64,000 nucleotides of DNA from Candidatus Hydrogenedentota bacterium (lineage in GTDB: Bacteria; Hydrogenedentota; Hydrogenedentia; Hydrogenedentales; SLHB01): contig BTWA01000023.1 of assembly GCA_045863295.1 (NCBI GenBank), forward strand, positions 1-64,000, written 5' to 3'. Shown here in pieces: positions 26,922 through 37,056 of this stretch (position 1 is its first letter; each line of letters begins with the position of its first letter). Under the pieces are notes generated by a model. That model saw only the letters and a program-made list of their open reading frames with translations. It did no database searches and had not been told where the DNA came from. The position numbers and the translations under genes are program-made.

Positions 26922-27560
26922 TCAGGGTTTGCTGAGGTCGCGGTAGAAGAGGTCCTTGGCCTCGACGGTCATTTGGTCGTTGTGACATTGAAGCGCGATG
27001 AAGCCGGTTTTGTAGTCGCTGTCGTGCCAGTCGGTGACTTGCTTGTCGTTCACCCATATGGTGATGTGATCGCCTTCGGCCTTAACGCGCATGGTGAACC
27101 ACTCGCCGTCTTTCGTGAGCAGTTCGGAGGCTTTGCCGGTGGGGGTGCCGGGTTTCCAGAGCCAGCCGGTAAAGGCGTCGTGCGTGTTGCACAGTTGGGC
27201 TTCGTAGCCGTTGGGGTAACCGTCTGGATTGTCTTCCGGCGGATTGGATCGGAAGTAGAGTCCGCTGTTCGCGCTCTTTCCGTGACTGGTAAGGCGGAAT
27301 GTGCCCTTGACCTCGAGGTCGGTTAGTTTGGGGGCGGCGTAGAGGTGTCCCTGGCCGCCGGGCGATTCGCCGATGATGACGCCATTTTCGAGGCGCCAGT
27401 TGGCCTTGCCACGGACAGTCCAGTTGTCGAGGGTATCGCCGTTGATGAGAGGCGTCCAGCCGCCTTCTTCTTCCGATTTGGCAGTGTCGGCGTAGGGCTG
27501 GCTCATGGCCAACAGCATGGTTGTAACGACGGTGCAAAGTACATAGCGTGCAGCGTGCAT
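26922..27560 (-). CDS. DUF1080 (3-keto-disaccharide hydrolase family) protein
   Basis: Signal peptide; 'W..L.NG..L..W', 'NSGLYFR', 'GYEAQL', 'GFIALQCH'. Confidence 0.88.
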   Translation of the reverse strand: MHAARYVLCTVVTTMLLAMSQPYADTAKSEEEGGWTPLINGDTLDNWTVRGKANWRLENGVIIGESPGGQGHLYAAPKLTDLEVKGTFRLTSHGKSANSGLYFRSNPPEDNPDGYPNGYEAQLCNTHDAFTGWLWKPGTPTGKASELLTKDGEWFTMRVKAEGDHITIWVNDKQVTDWHDSDYKTGFIALQCHNDQMTVEAKDLFYRDLSKP

Positions 27561-27752
27561 GGCGTAACTCCCCGGTATAAGCGCGTTGCCCAATAAGAGA
27601 TCTGAAGCCGGTACTATACACTTTGGCGGGGCCGGCTGAAAATCGAACCGTGGCGCACGGAGATGACAGTGGAAAAGGTATGTAGAATCGCGATAGATTG
27701 CGCAGCAGGATCGCCGGTGATTCAATCGTTGTTAAATGCCGTGGAGTAGCGT

Positions 27753-29198
27753 ATGCGAATTTCTCAGATGATGCATTCTCGCCCCGCCATCGTCGTGGGC
27801 CTTGCTTTGATGCTGTGCAACGTTGGCGTTCCGGAGAGCAGCGGACCCATTGCGCTGCACCCGGACAATCCTCATTACTTTCTCTACGAAGGCAAGCCGA
27901 CGATTCTCATTACGTCCGCGGAACATTACGGCGCGGTGCTGAACATGGATTTTGACTATGTGCGCTACTTGAAGGAGTTGGAGAGTCACCATCTCAATCT
28001 CACGCGCACATTCTCTGGAACGTATCGGGAGTTTCCGGGAGATTTTGGCATCACGGACAACACGCTTGCGCCGAAGCCGATGCGTTATCTGGCGCCATGG
28101 GCCCGGAGCAATACGCCGGGCGCTTCCGATGGCGGCAACAAATACGACTTGAGCCAGTGGAACCCGGCCTATTTCGAGCGCTTGAGGGATTTCCTGGCCG
28201 AGGCGGAGCGGCGGGGCGTTGTGGTGGAGCTTACATTGTTCTGTACGATCTACAAGAATGCGCAGTGGGAAGCTTCCCCCATGAATGCGGCGAACAACAT
28301 TAACGGCATCGGAGATTGCACGCGGCACGAGGTATTCAAATTGATGCACGACACGCTGACCGAAGTGCAGACGGCCTTCGCACGAAAAATAGCTCAGGAA
28401 TTGAAAGACTGCGATAATCTCATCTATGAGGTGTGTAACGAACCGTATCTGGAGAATTGTGTGACCGTGGAATGGCAGCGGCGCATTGTCGAGACGCTGG
28501 TCGATGAAGAGAGCAAGCTGGGCGTTCGCCATCTCATCTCGATGAACATTGCCAATGGGCGTGCCAAGGTTGAAGATCCGGTTCCCGGCGTGTCCGTATT
28601 CAATTTTCACTATGCCTATCCCCCGGTTGCCGTGGCGATGAATTATGATCTCAACATGGTGATTGGCGAGAACGAAACGGGCTTTCGTGGAAAAGAGGAT
28701 ATTCTGTACCGAACGGAAGGCTGGGATTTCATCCTCGCGGGCGGCGGGCTTTTTAACAGCCTCGATTGGTCATTTATGACAGCGCACCCCGAGGGAGATA
28801 CCGTGGAATACGATTCGCCGGGCGGCGGCAGCCGCGTACTGCGAAAGCAGATGAGCATACTGCGGAAATTCATCGAAGGGTTTGATTTTCTACGCATGGC
28901 GCCGAGTGCGACGCTGATAGAAGAGGTATCGCCAGGCGTATCCGCACAGATTCTGGCCGAGCCGGGCGTGTCCTATGCCGTATACCTGCGCATTGCAGAT
29001 GTCAAAAGTGAAAACAAGAGCGTGGCTGACGGCTGGATTGCAATTGCTTTGCCCGAGAATTCGTATGCTATCCAATGGCTGAACCCGAAAACGGGAGATG
29101 CTGTTGGAGACGAGACAATTCAGCATAAAGGCGGACCGTATCGTTTGCAGGTTCCTCGATTTGACGAAGACATTGCCTTGTCCATTCGGCGGTTGTAG
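27753..29198 (+). CDS. Secreted glycoside-hydrolase-like (clan GH-A TIM barrel) protein with C-terminal beta domain
   Basis: 'EVCNEP' acid/base-like motif, 'NETG' nucleophile-like motif, 'WLNPKTG' C-terminal motif. Confidence 0.7.
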   Translation: MRISQMMHSRPAIVVGLALMLCNVGVPESSGPIALHPDNPHYFLYEGKPTILITSAEHYGAVLNMDFDYVRYLKELESHHLNLTRTFSGTYREFPGDFGITDNTLAPKPMRYLAPWARSNTPGASDGGNKYDLSQWNPAYFERLRDFLAEAERRGVVVELTLFCTIYKNAQWEASPMNAANNINGIGDCTRHEVFKLMHDTLTEVQTAFARKIAQELKDCDNLIYEVCNEPYLENCVTVEWQRRIVETLVDEESKLGVRHLISMNIANGRAKVEDPVPGVSVFNFHYAYPPVAVAMNYDLNMVIGENETGFRGKEDILYRTEGWDFILAGGGLFNSLDWSFMTAHPEGDTVEYDSPGGGSRVLRKQMSILRKFIEGFDFLRMAPSATLIEEVSPGVSAQILAEPGVSYAVYLRIADVKSENKSVADGWIAIALPENSYAIQWLNPKTGDAVGDETIQHKGGPYRLQVPRFDEDIALSIRRL

Positions 29199-29315
29199 GC
29201 GGAATTCGCAACCGGGCATATGACGCGCGTCACAGCGGACAGACGTACCATGACATTGAAGTGTCGAATTCTATGGGATAACTTCCGGCCGTGACGCTGC
29301 AAGAGTGAGAAGAGA

Positions 29316-29768
29316 ATGAAACCCAAGAAGGCCACCGTTCCCAAGAGCAAACCTAATTCCACGAAGCCGATTTTGCTTGCTGGAGGCAACCCGCAAATTG
29401 CAAAGGCGGACGGCGATGCGCCGGTGCAGGCGTATATAGCAGCCATGCCCGATTGGAAGCAGGATGCCGGCCGCCGTCTGGATGCGTTGATTGTGCGCAC
29501 GGTGCCGGACGTGCGCAAGGCCGTGCGTTGGAATACACCGTTTTACGGCGTAGAAGGCAAGGGTTGGTTTCTCGCGTTCCATTGTTTTACCAAGTACATC
29601 AAGGTCACGTTTTTGCGGGGCGTGTCGTTGATTCCGTTGCCGCCGGTGGCATCCAAAGATCCCAACACGCGTTATTTCCATATTTACGAAGGCGAGCAGA
29701 TCGACGAGGCCCAGTTGACGGATTGGATCCGGCAGGCATCGGCGTTGCCCGGCGAAGCGTTGTTTTAG
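29316..29768 (+). CDS. DUF1801 domain protein
   Basis: 'VQAYIAAMPDWK', 'AVRWNTPFYG', 'WIRQA..LPG'. Confidence 0.85.
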   Translation: MKPKKATVPKSKPNSTKPILLAGGNPQIAKADGDAPVQAYIAAMPDWKQDAGRRLDALIVRTVPDVRKAVRWNTPFYGVEGKGWFLAFHCFTKYIKVTFLRGVSLIPLPPVASKDPNTRYFHIYEGEQIDEAQLTDWIRQASALPGEALF

Positions 29769-29799
29769 CGCTGACGGCTACAGCAAGGGAAATCAAAGC

Positions 29800-30387
29800 A
29801 TGAGCGGCAAGAATCCCAAAGTGGATGGATACATCAGGAACACGAAAGCGTGGCAGGCGGAAGTCACTGCGCTCCGGGCAATCGCGCTGGACTGCGGATT
29901 GACCGAGGAGTTTAAGTGGGGCAGTCCGTGCTACACGTTTCAGAACGGCAATGTCGTGTTGATACATACATTCAAAGCGTATTGCGCGCTTTTGTTTTTC
30001 AAAGGTTCCTTGTTGAAAGACCCCAAAAGCATTCTTGTCCAGCAAACGAAAAACGTTCAGGCGGCGCGGCAGATCCGGTTTAGCCGTGTTCAGGACATTG
30101 AGAAAATGGAGATTGCCCTGAAGTCTTACATACGGGAAGCCATCCGAGTGGAAAAGGCCGGCCTGAAAGTCGAATTGAAAACGACCTCCGAATTCGAAAT
30201 GCCCCCGGAGTTTCAACAGGCATTGGATGAGAGCCCTGCCTTGAAGGATGCGTTCGACGCTCTCACACCGGGCCGGCAGCGGGCATACCTGCTTCATTTC
30301 TCCGCGCCCAAGCAGTCGAAAACACGGAGCGCCCGAGTGGAAAAATGCGTTCCCCGGATTTTTGACGGCATGGGTTTGAACGATTAG
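29800..30387 (+). CDS. YdeI/OmpD-associated family protein (DUF1801 N-terminus)
   Basis: 'EEFKWGSPCY', 'FFKG.LLKDP', 'AFDALTPGRQRAY', 'TR.ARVEK'. Confidence 0.88.
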   Translation: MSGKNPKVDGYIRNTKAWQAEVTALRAIALDCGLTEEFKWGSPCYTFQNGNVVLIHTFKAYCALLFFKGSLLKDPKSILVQQTKNVQAARQIRFSRVQDIEKMEIALKSYIREAIRVEKAGLKVELKTTSEFEMPPEFQQALDESPALKDAFDALTPGRQRAYLLHFSAPKQSKTRSARVEKCVPRIFDGMGLND

Positions 30388-30418
30388 TGCGCCTACCGGA
30401 TCCCGCCCCAAGCGGACG

Positions 30419-32311
30419 CTATTCGAAGTAGGGCTGTACCTGAAAGAAAGTCCAGAGTAATTCTTCACCGGCCGGACCTCCCGCTGTCTGTTGGGATTGC
30501 CAATCGGTTAACACCAGTCCGGCCGTGTTCTCGCGTGCACGAAATACCCGCTGGTGATAGTTGATCCAATACGGGTTACCCGCATTAAACGCGCCATAGG
30601 AGTGCCAATGCGCGCATTGGACCACGGCTTGAAATCCCTTATCCGCCACTTCTTCCACACCTTCCAGGGCGATTGAAACTGCATGCTGCCGGGGCGTGGA
30701 CTGTCCGGCAGCCAATTCCAGGTAATCGCCGGTGATCATTCGTAGCGAATACAGTTTGCCCGCTTGCAGATTGCGAATGGATTGAGAGATGCGGTTGGGA
30801 GAAGCACCGCTTCGACGCGTCCAGATTGCGGTATCGCCCGTACCCTCCGGTCCGTGGTACCTGGCCTGCAGCACGCCAAATCCCGGCACCGTTTTGATGG
30901 CAATGCTTGGAACGTCGTGTTCCGCCGGCGCGAGAGTCCATCCCGAATCGCCATTCGATAGATCCGCGTTCTCCAGGTGAAGCAAGACATAGGGATCGTC
31001 CAGGAGCCGCGTCGTTTTGCCTTCAATTGCATAGTGGCGTATTAATTGCGCAAAGAGCCGGGTCTGTTCCTCGCCGCAATAGCTGGAGAGGTAGCCTTGC
31101 AGGCCGCGTATTCCGAAGAACGAGGGATCGGTGGCTATAAACTGAAGCTGGCAATCCAGGAACACATTGAAATCATAGTTGGGAAACAAATCGCCGGATT
31201 CCCATCCCGGCTCAGACAACAGCGACACCACGACCATGCGGTTTGAGGCCGCGCCTGGGCTGGCCTGTTCGAAGGAGGCCCTGGTGGCTTGCTCCCAACC
31301 GGGACTAAACTCGGCCCACAGATCGCCGGTTTCCGCAATGGTCCGGCCCGGTCGCGAGTGTCCTTCGGGAAGATACCACTCCGGTGCATACCGGTATCCG
31401 AGGTCCATAATGGCGTGAAAGAAGGGATACATTTGTTCAAATCGATCCGCAGGCAACAAACGAGAGGGACCATAGGCAACAAAAGTCCGGCCCGCAAGAG
31501 CGGGGTTTGCATGCAGCCTGCGAAGGGCCTCGATCCAGATGGGATACATATCCGCCGTATACTTCCCGTACTTCTCGCCGACGCCAAACTCATCCGCCCA
31601 GATGCCGCTCATCAAGGGATGGCGCATGCCCAATGCATTGGACCAACGCTCATAGGCTTCATCCGCCGTCTCGACGTCGTATGGCACTTCTTCGCTGGTG
31701 TACCAACGCTTGCCCTCAGCCGTCCACTCGCGAATTTCGTCCTCCTGTGTGTCCGCGCTGGACATACCAATGATGCCGTTGTAATGATCAAGGCAATGTT
31801 CGCGCAGAAAGTCCCACGTGTAAACGCCCATCTCCGCAATATGCGGATTGAGCCCATACGTCGCATACACCAAATCACCGATTGCGCGCACTTCAAGTCG
31901 CTTAGCCGGCGCGTGGCACCGAATAGTGTGCGCGCCTTCAGTCAAGTAGCGCATGGCCTCAATATGATTGTCCACAGCCTTGAGAGCCGCAACGTCATCG
32001 TCAAGCTGAACCGCACTCGGGCCGTTGCCACCCTCACGTTCAACACGCACATACACCCAGCCCTCGCGCGGATTGTGAAACGCATGAGAATCTGTTCCGG
32101 GCGATTCCACGTTCAGAAGCTCGAATACCAAATTGTTCAGCGGCTTAACCCCAGCTTCCAGTGAAAATCGCGCCTCCCCTTCAGGTGACCGAAAACCACC
32201 CTCCGGCACGTCGCCCAGCGCGGCATTCACCGAAGGACTGAAGACAACCGCCAGCAACAAGAGGAAAACCATGCGAAGAATCGCAGGAGAATTTATCAAG
32301 GGTTTTTTCAC
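30419..32311 (-). CDS. Hypothetical secreted protein
   Basis: GGAGG RBS before GTG 32311, signal-peptide-like N-terminus, long ORF with normal composition. Confidence 0.7.
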   Translation of the reverse strand: MKKPLINSPAILRMVFLLLLAVVFSPSVNAALGDVPEGGFRSPEGEARFSLEAGVKPLNNLVFELLNVESPGTDSHAFHNPREGWVYVRVEREGGNGPSAVQLDDDVAALKAVDNHIEAMRYLTEGAHTIRCHAPAKRLEVRAIGDLVYATYGLNPHIAEMGVYTWDFLREHCLDHYNGIIGMSSADTQEDEIREWTAEGKRWYTSEEVPYDVETADEAYERWSNALGMRHPLMSGIWADEFGVGEKYGKYTADMYPIWIEALRRLHANPALAGRTFVAYGPSRLLPADRFEQMYPFFHAIMDLGYRYAPEWYLPEGHSRPGRTIAETGDLWAEFSPGWEQATRASFEQASPGAASNRMVVVSLLSEPGWESGDLFPNYDFNVFLDCQLQFIATDPSFFGIRGLQGYLSSYCGEEQTRLFAQLIRHYAIEGKTTRLLDDPYVLLHLENADLSNGDSGWTLAPAEHDVPSIAIKTVPGFGVLQARYHGPEGTGDTAIWTRRSGASPNRISQSIRNLQAGKLYSLRMITGDYLELAAGQSTPRQHAVSIALEGVEEVADKGFQAVVQCAHWHSYGAFNAGNPYWINYHQRVFRARENTAGLVLTDWQSQQTAGGPAGEELLWTFFQVQPYFE

Positions 32312-32398
32312 GATTGAGCCTCCAAGCAATTTGGCATTCGGACTCCGCTGGTCCATTCCCATGGCGTATAATTGCCCCAACCCGGAGAGGAAATCACC

Positions 32399-33205
32399 AT
32401 GGACACATCCGCTGGCATCAGCTTGGGGCCCTCGGCGACAATACTCTGCGTTCTCAACGGCGGCAACCCGCGCGTGGCCGCGCGCGCGAGAGGGTACCGC
32501 GACATAACTGGTCACCTCGCCGAACCGGAACCTGAGCCGCACAAGCGTGGCGGCCTGGCGGGCCTTTTCGGAAAACTTGCCGGCGGCAGGCGCCCTCAGG
32601 AAGCATGCAATTCTCCTTTTCCCTTTGCCCGTGCGTGCGACTTGCTTGGGGAGTTGCTGTCCGTGACACCGTCCGATGTACCCCGTCGTGTTTGCATTGC
32701 CGTGCCTGCCTGGGCCAACGACGTTCAGCGTCAGCAGGTGGCCACTGGGGCGCGCGACGCGGGGTGGGAATTGATTGCGCTATGCAACGAACCCACCGCC
32801 GCGGCCATGGCTTCCGGCCTTCTTCGCGATGGCGACGGTATCGCCCTCGTCTATGACCTGTCCTTCGACCGTTTCGAGGTCAGCGTTGTGGCGATCCGGG
32901 GCACCGGCTTCGAGATCTTCGCTGCTGACGGCATTGCAAATCAGAACGCGCACCTTTCCCTACCGCAACGGCTTTGCGAGACGGAAGCCCCTTGCAAGCG
33001 GGCTCTCACGCATGCCGGTCTCGATGCCTCGAACATTGATCATCTGGTGCTTGTTGGTGAAGCGACGCGGAACGAACAGACTTCGGCGTTTGTGCAAGGG
33101 TTGTTTGGAATGGAGCCTTTCAGCCGTTTCGACCCGGAAGAAGTGACCGCCATCGGCACGGCGGTGCATGCAAGCATTCTCGAAGCGCGCAAGGCGCAGG
33201 GATAG
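32399..33205 (+). CDS. Truncated/degenerate Hsp70 (DnaK) nucleotide-binding-domain-like protein
   Basis: 'AVPAW.NDVQRQ', 'NEPTAAA', 'VYDL', 'LVGEATR', 'PEEVTAIG'; no substrate-binding domain. Confidence 0.8.
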   Translation: MDTSAGISLGPSATILCVLNGGNPRVAARARGYRDITGHLAEPEPEPHKRGGLAGLFGKLAGGRRPQEACNSPFPFARACDLLGELLSVTPSDVPRRVCIAVPAWANDVQRQQVATGARDAGWELIALCNEPTAAAMASGLLRDGDGIALVYDLSFDRFEVSVVAIRGTGFEIFAADGIANQNAHLSLPQRLCETEAPCKRALTHAGLDASNIDHLVLVGEATRNEQTSAFVQGLFGMEPFSRFDPEEVTAIGTAVHASILEARKAQG

Positions 33206-33266
33206 ATCCTCCAAAAGACGGTGCCGTCAACCCATGGCCGGATCGGACGTTGTCCATTCTCCCGTT

Positions 33267-35396
33267 TCAACGCGGCCCGCGAAGAGGTAGCAGGTGTCCA
33301 ACGCGCGTGCGGTATGAATCCTCATACAGCCCAATATCGTCAAAGGGTATATCGGCCAGCCCCACCGCCGCGGCTTCATCCGCGGACCAAACGATTCTCC
33401 CGTCAGGCCCTTCGCGAAACGCGGTGCTTTCGCGGTGGTCAACATTTTCCACCGGTTGAACCGTTTGTGGCAGGCGAAGAAACAATTCGCCACAACGAAT
33501 TGCAACGTTGGAGCGGACCGTATTCACATTCGGGCCGTCGGCCAATTGCGCCAGCGATGGATAACGTGCCACGTACAATTCCTTGTCGATCGCCGCATCG
33601 TCCAATGCCGCCGCGGTGAAGGTCTGCCAACGTTCTTCGCTCCACGGAGAGAAGCTAACCACCGCGCCGCAATCGACAAACAGATTCGACTCAACGATGT
33701 TTTCCTTGCCGCCATGGATCTGGACACCGCCGAAATGCGTAGGCGCATCGGCACAGCGCTGAAAAATGTTGCCGTGAATCAGCACGCCGCAAATCGCATC
33801 ATCCAGCCGAATTCCCGCCCGTTGCGGCCGCTCGGCGTCGCCATGCAATCCCGGACTCCCCAGATGATGCCAGTAATTGTAGCGGTACACATTCCCGCGA
33901 TACGTGGGGTTGCCGAACATATCCACCGCGCCTTGATCGTCGGATTCCATCACGACGCGGTACGCCTCGTTCAGTTCAATGACGTGATCGTTTCCTTCGA
34001 CCCGCATGGCGCTGCTGGCGATATCGTGAAAGAGATTGTGCCGGATGCGATTACCCACACCGTCGAGCCAGACGCCCGGCGTATACGTGTGATCAATGCG
34101 CGACAAATGGTGGATGTGACAGTTCTCGATGAGGTGATTACCGGGTGTTAATGTCTTGCGATTGCCGCCGGCCATCGCAATTCCGGCGCGGCCCATGGTG
34201 TGGATGTCGCACGACATTATCGTGTGGTTTTTGCCGCCACTGATTTCGACGCCGGTGCCCGCCATCTTGCGGATCGTGCACCCTTCCAAGCGTACTCCTT
34301 CGCCGCCGCGAACGACAATGCCGTCCGCCGAGCCGCATTCCCACAGGAGTTCCTGGAAGTGCACATGTGACGTGTTGTTGAGTTCGAGCAACGCGAAAGG
34401 CGCGGCTGACAACTCGACCACGGCATCCGTCAGTGGCTTTGTGGGGTAGAGATAGATTTTCCCATTCGTGCGATCGAGGTACCATTCGCCGGGGACGTCG
34501 AGTTCGCTGAGGATGTTGACGGCGTAGAATCGGTTGCCCTGTTTGTATCCATATTTGTGCCACGGTTGTGACAGCACAATCTCGCGCGTTGCAGGATCGA
34601 TGTGCTCAATCTTTTCGTACGAGTCGGCCCAATTCCAATACCAGTAACCATACAGCCACGGATCCGGCTCGCCCGCCCAACGAGCAATGCGATCGTTGTC
34701 GAATCGAAAGCGCCCTTCGGGCGATCCCGGTTTGTTGTCCCACCCTTTGAGCGTCAATGGCCCCAGAATCTCGCCAGTCTCGGCAAAGCCTTCATTGGGC
34801 CAGCGCGCCAGCGTCATGGGAACGTCATCGACAAACAACTCCATGGCGGGATGGGTCTGCGCGCCGCGGCCGCTGGCGAATCCGCCCCGTTCAAATGGAG
34901 AGAGTTTCGGAACAGCGGTAAGGTCCGCTTCAAAAACAGAAGAGCGTACTTCTTCCGCTAGCCGTTCAAGCACGGCAGCATCGGCAACGGGCCTGAAGTC
35001 CCGGAGGCGAACGGCCCCGCTGAATCGCGGTGATTCTTCACCTGTTGACCTATAGATGATGGGCTTATCGGAGGCGCCGGAATCTGCCGCAGTCAACGTA
35101 AACGTCTGGCGCACGGCATACGCGCCCGTGTGCACGATGACCAAGACACCGCCCGGAGGTAACCCAGCCGAAGTTTTGGCACCCCGAATGGCATCGCGCG
35201 CCTTTTCCAAAGTGGCGAATGGGCTGCCTTCCGCACCGTCATTCGCATCATCGCCCTCAGGCGACACGTGAAAGGTCAATCCCGGCTCAGCCGCGGCCTT
35301 CCCTTCGCTCGCGAAGGCTGAAGAGTCTATGACCCCCGCAGACAACACCAAGGCGAGAATCGCGCGAACAGCAATGACCGAACGCTGGAATATCAT
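33267..35396 (-). CDS. Secreted right-handed parallel beta-helix protein
   Basis: 'VSPEGDDANDG...PFATL..A', 'ARWPN', 'ELDVPGEWY', Asn/Gly-rich beta-helix repeats. Confidence 0.85.
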   Translation of the reverse strand: MIFQRSVIAVRAILALVLSAGVIDSSAFASEGKAAAEPGLTFHVSPEGDDANDGAEGSPFATLEKARDAIRGAKTSAGLPPGGVLVIVHTGAYAVRQTFTLTAADSGASDKPIIYRSTGEESPRFSGAVRLRDFRPVADAAVLERLAEEVRSSVFEADLTAVPKLSPFERGGFASGRGAQTHPAMELFVDDVPMTLARWPNEGFAETGEILGPLTLKGWDNKPGSPEGRFRFDNDRIARWAGEPDPWLYGYWYWNWADSYEKIEHIDPATREIVLSQPWHKYGYKQGNRFYAVNILSELDVPGEWYLDRTNGKIYLYPTKPLTDAVVELSAAPFALLELNNTSHVHFQELLWECGSADGIVVRGGEGVRLEGCTIRKMAGTGVEISGGKNHTIMSCDIHTMGRAGIAMAGGNRKTLTPGNHLIENCHIHHLSRIDHTYTPGVWLDGVGNRIRHNLFHDIASSAMRVEGNDHVIELNEAYRVVMESDDQGAVDMFGNPTYRGNVYRYNYWHHLGSPGLHGDAERPQRAGIRLDDAICGVLIHGNIFQRCADAPTHFGGVQIHGGKENIVESNLFVDCGAVVSFSPWSEERWQTFTAAALDDAAIDKELYVARYPSLAQLADGPNVNTVRSNVAIRCGELFLRLPQTVQPVENVDHRESTAFREGPDGRIVWSADEAAAVGLADIPFDDIGLYEDSYRTRVGHLLPLRGPR

Positions 35397-35593
35397 ATCA
35401 GTCCTTCCTTGGGGGGCGGGGTGCGCAGACTCACCAAATCACTATGTGATGGCGGAGCGCAAACGAATTGTATAACCCGGCGCGGTCAATTGCGAATAGC
35501 GTCGATTTGTCAACCGTCGGCGCCTCATCCACAATACGCATCGCGCCACGTTCGAAACAGGTCGCCAGTGCCGATGCACCAATGGAGAAGCGC

Positions 35594-35992
35594 ATGGAAA
35601 TTGCAAAAGTAGGATCAATCCCGACACAGCCTGGGCCCGCCGATTGGTTCACAGGCTCCGTGCGAATAGACCCGCTGTTTAGCGCCAAAGATCCGTCGCG
35701 GGTCGCCGGGGCTACAGTCACATTCGCACCCGGTGCACGAACGGCATGGCACACCCACCCGCTCGGCCAACACATCGTCATTACCGCGGGCGTCGGCCGG
35801 GTGCAGCAGGATGGAGGCCCAATACAGGAGGTAACGCCGGGAGACGTGGTCTGGTTTCCGCCCGGGGAAAAACACTGGCACGGCGCATCACCCACGACCG
35901 GGATGACGCACATCGCCATTCAGGAAACTCAGAACGGCAGTTCTGTGAACTGGTTGGAAAAAGTCACGGACGACCAATACAACGCGCTATAG
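35594..35992 (+). CDS. Cupin domain protein
   Basis: '[14 protein letters not shown]', '[10 protein letters not shown]'; GGAGA RBS. Confidence 0.92.
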   Translation: MEIAKVGSIPTQPGPADWFTGSVRIDPLFSAKDPSRVAGATVTFAPGARTAWHTHPLGQHIVITAGVGRVQQDGGPIQEVTPGDVVWFPPGEKHWHGASPTTGMTHIAIQETQNGSSVNWLEKVTDDQYNAL

Positions 35993-36041
35993 TATTGGCC
36001 GAGACGTGTACCCGACGGATCCGGGGCCGTTCGATGGCGCA

Positions 36042-36506
36042 TCATGCGCCGTCGGGGATCTCCGGTTCCACCAATTTCGCGAGTTGTGCGAGCGATTCCT
36101 GCCAGCCAAGGTAGCACATTTCCGCGGGAATCGCGGCCGGAATCCCTTCCTGCACGATGTTTACCTCGGTGCCGCACATTACTTTGCTGAACGTGTATGT
36201 CGTTCGCATTTCGCCTGGCAGATTGGGATCGTCAAACACGTCCGTCGCAACAATGCGTTCGCCCGGAACCAACTCAACGTACTTGCCGCCGAAGGTGTGT
36301 CCATTTCCCGTGGAGAAATTGGTGAAGGACATTTTGTACGTGCCTCCCACCTTCGCTTCAAGATGGTGGACCGTGCAGGTAAAGCCGTACGGCGGAAGCC
36401 ACTTGCAATTCGCCGCCGGATCGAGCACCGCTTTGTAAATGCGTTCGGCGGGCGCTTTAAAGACACGGTGAAGCCGGACAGTGCCCGTATCTGCTTTGAC
36501 AGTCAT
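36042..36506 (-). CDS. SRPBCC/AHSA1 family protein
   Basis: 'LHRVFKAPAERIYKA', 'WLPP', 'GWQESLAQL'. Confidence 0.9.
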   Translation of the reverse strand: MTVKADTGTVRLHRVFKAPAERIYKAVLDPAANCKWLPPYGFTCTVHHLEAKVGGTYKMSFTNFSTGNGHTFGGKYVELVPGERIVATDVFDDPNLPGEMRTTYTFSKVMCGTEVNIVQEGIPAAIPAEMCYLGWQESLAQLAKLVEPEIPDGA

Positions 36507-36640
36507 GGTTGTGCTCCTTAATAATTCGCAGCTGATGCGTTGTCATCGAACTTGTTTGATAGCGCGCCGCCGGGAGCGGACTTGCATTTGCCTTGCGTAT
36601 GGAATAGTACAGGTTCTGGCCGGTGGGAGATCAAGTTGGG

Positions 36641-36997
36641 TCATGGAATCGGTTCGGCAATTTCCATGGAATTGCCATCGGGGTCGAGCAGCACGCAGTC
36701 TTGAAGACCCCAGGGCTGGTTTTTTAGAGGTTGTTTAAACAGTACGCCGTTTGCGGCAAGTGAGGTCACCTAGTTGGCGAGGTCCTCGACCATGATGTGG
36801 CAGTGGCCTTGGCCGGCGCGTTGTGGGTTGACAGCGAGGTGCACTTCCGCGGCGTCGCGCCGAACCACGGCGAAGACTGCCGGTTCTCTGTTGGTGTAAG
36901 CGATTTGAAATCCGAGCGGGCCGGCCCAGAATGTGAGGGCACGCGAATGATCCCTGATATAAAAAGTGGGTGCGACGCGGCCGAGTTTTGTGGGCAT
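36641..36997 (-). pseudogene. VOC/glyoxalase/bleomycin-resistance family gene with an internal in-frame TAG
   Basis: After TAG at 36772-36770 the same frame continues VTSLAANGVLFKQPLKNQPWGLQDCVLLDPDGNSMEIAEPIP*, a canonical VOC C-terminus. Confidence 0.85.
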
Positions 36998-37056
36998 GGG
37001 GGGATCCTCAGCGTTGGTGCAACGGTTGCTATTCTAACTTCGTCTGTTGTTCTCGT

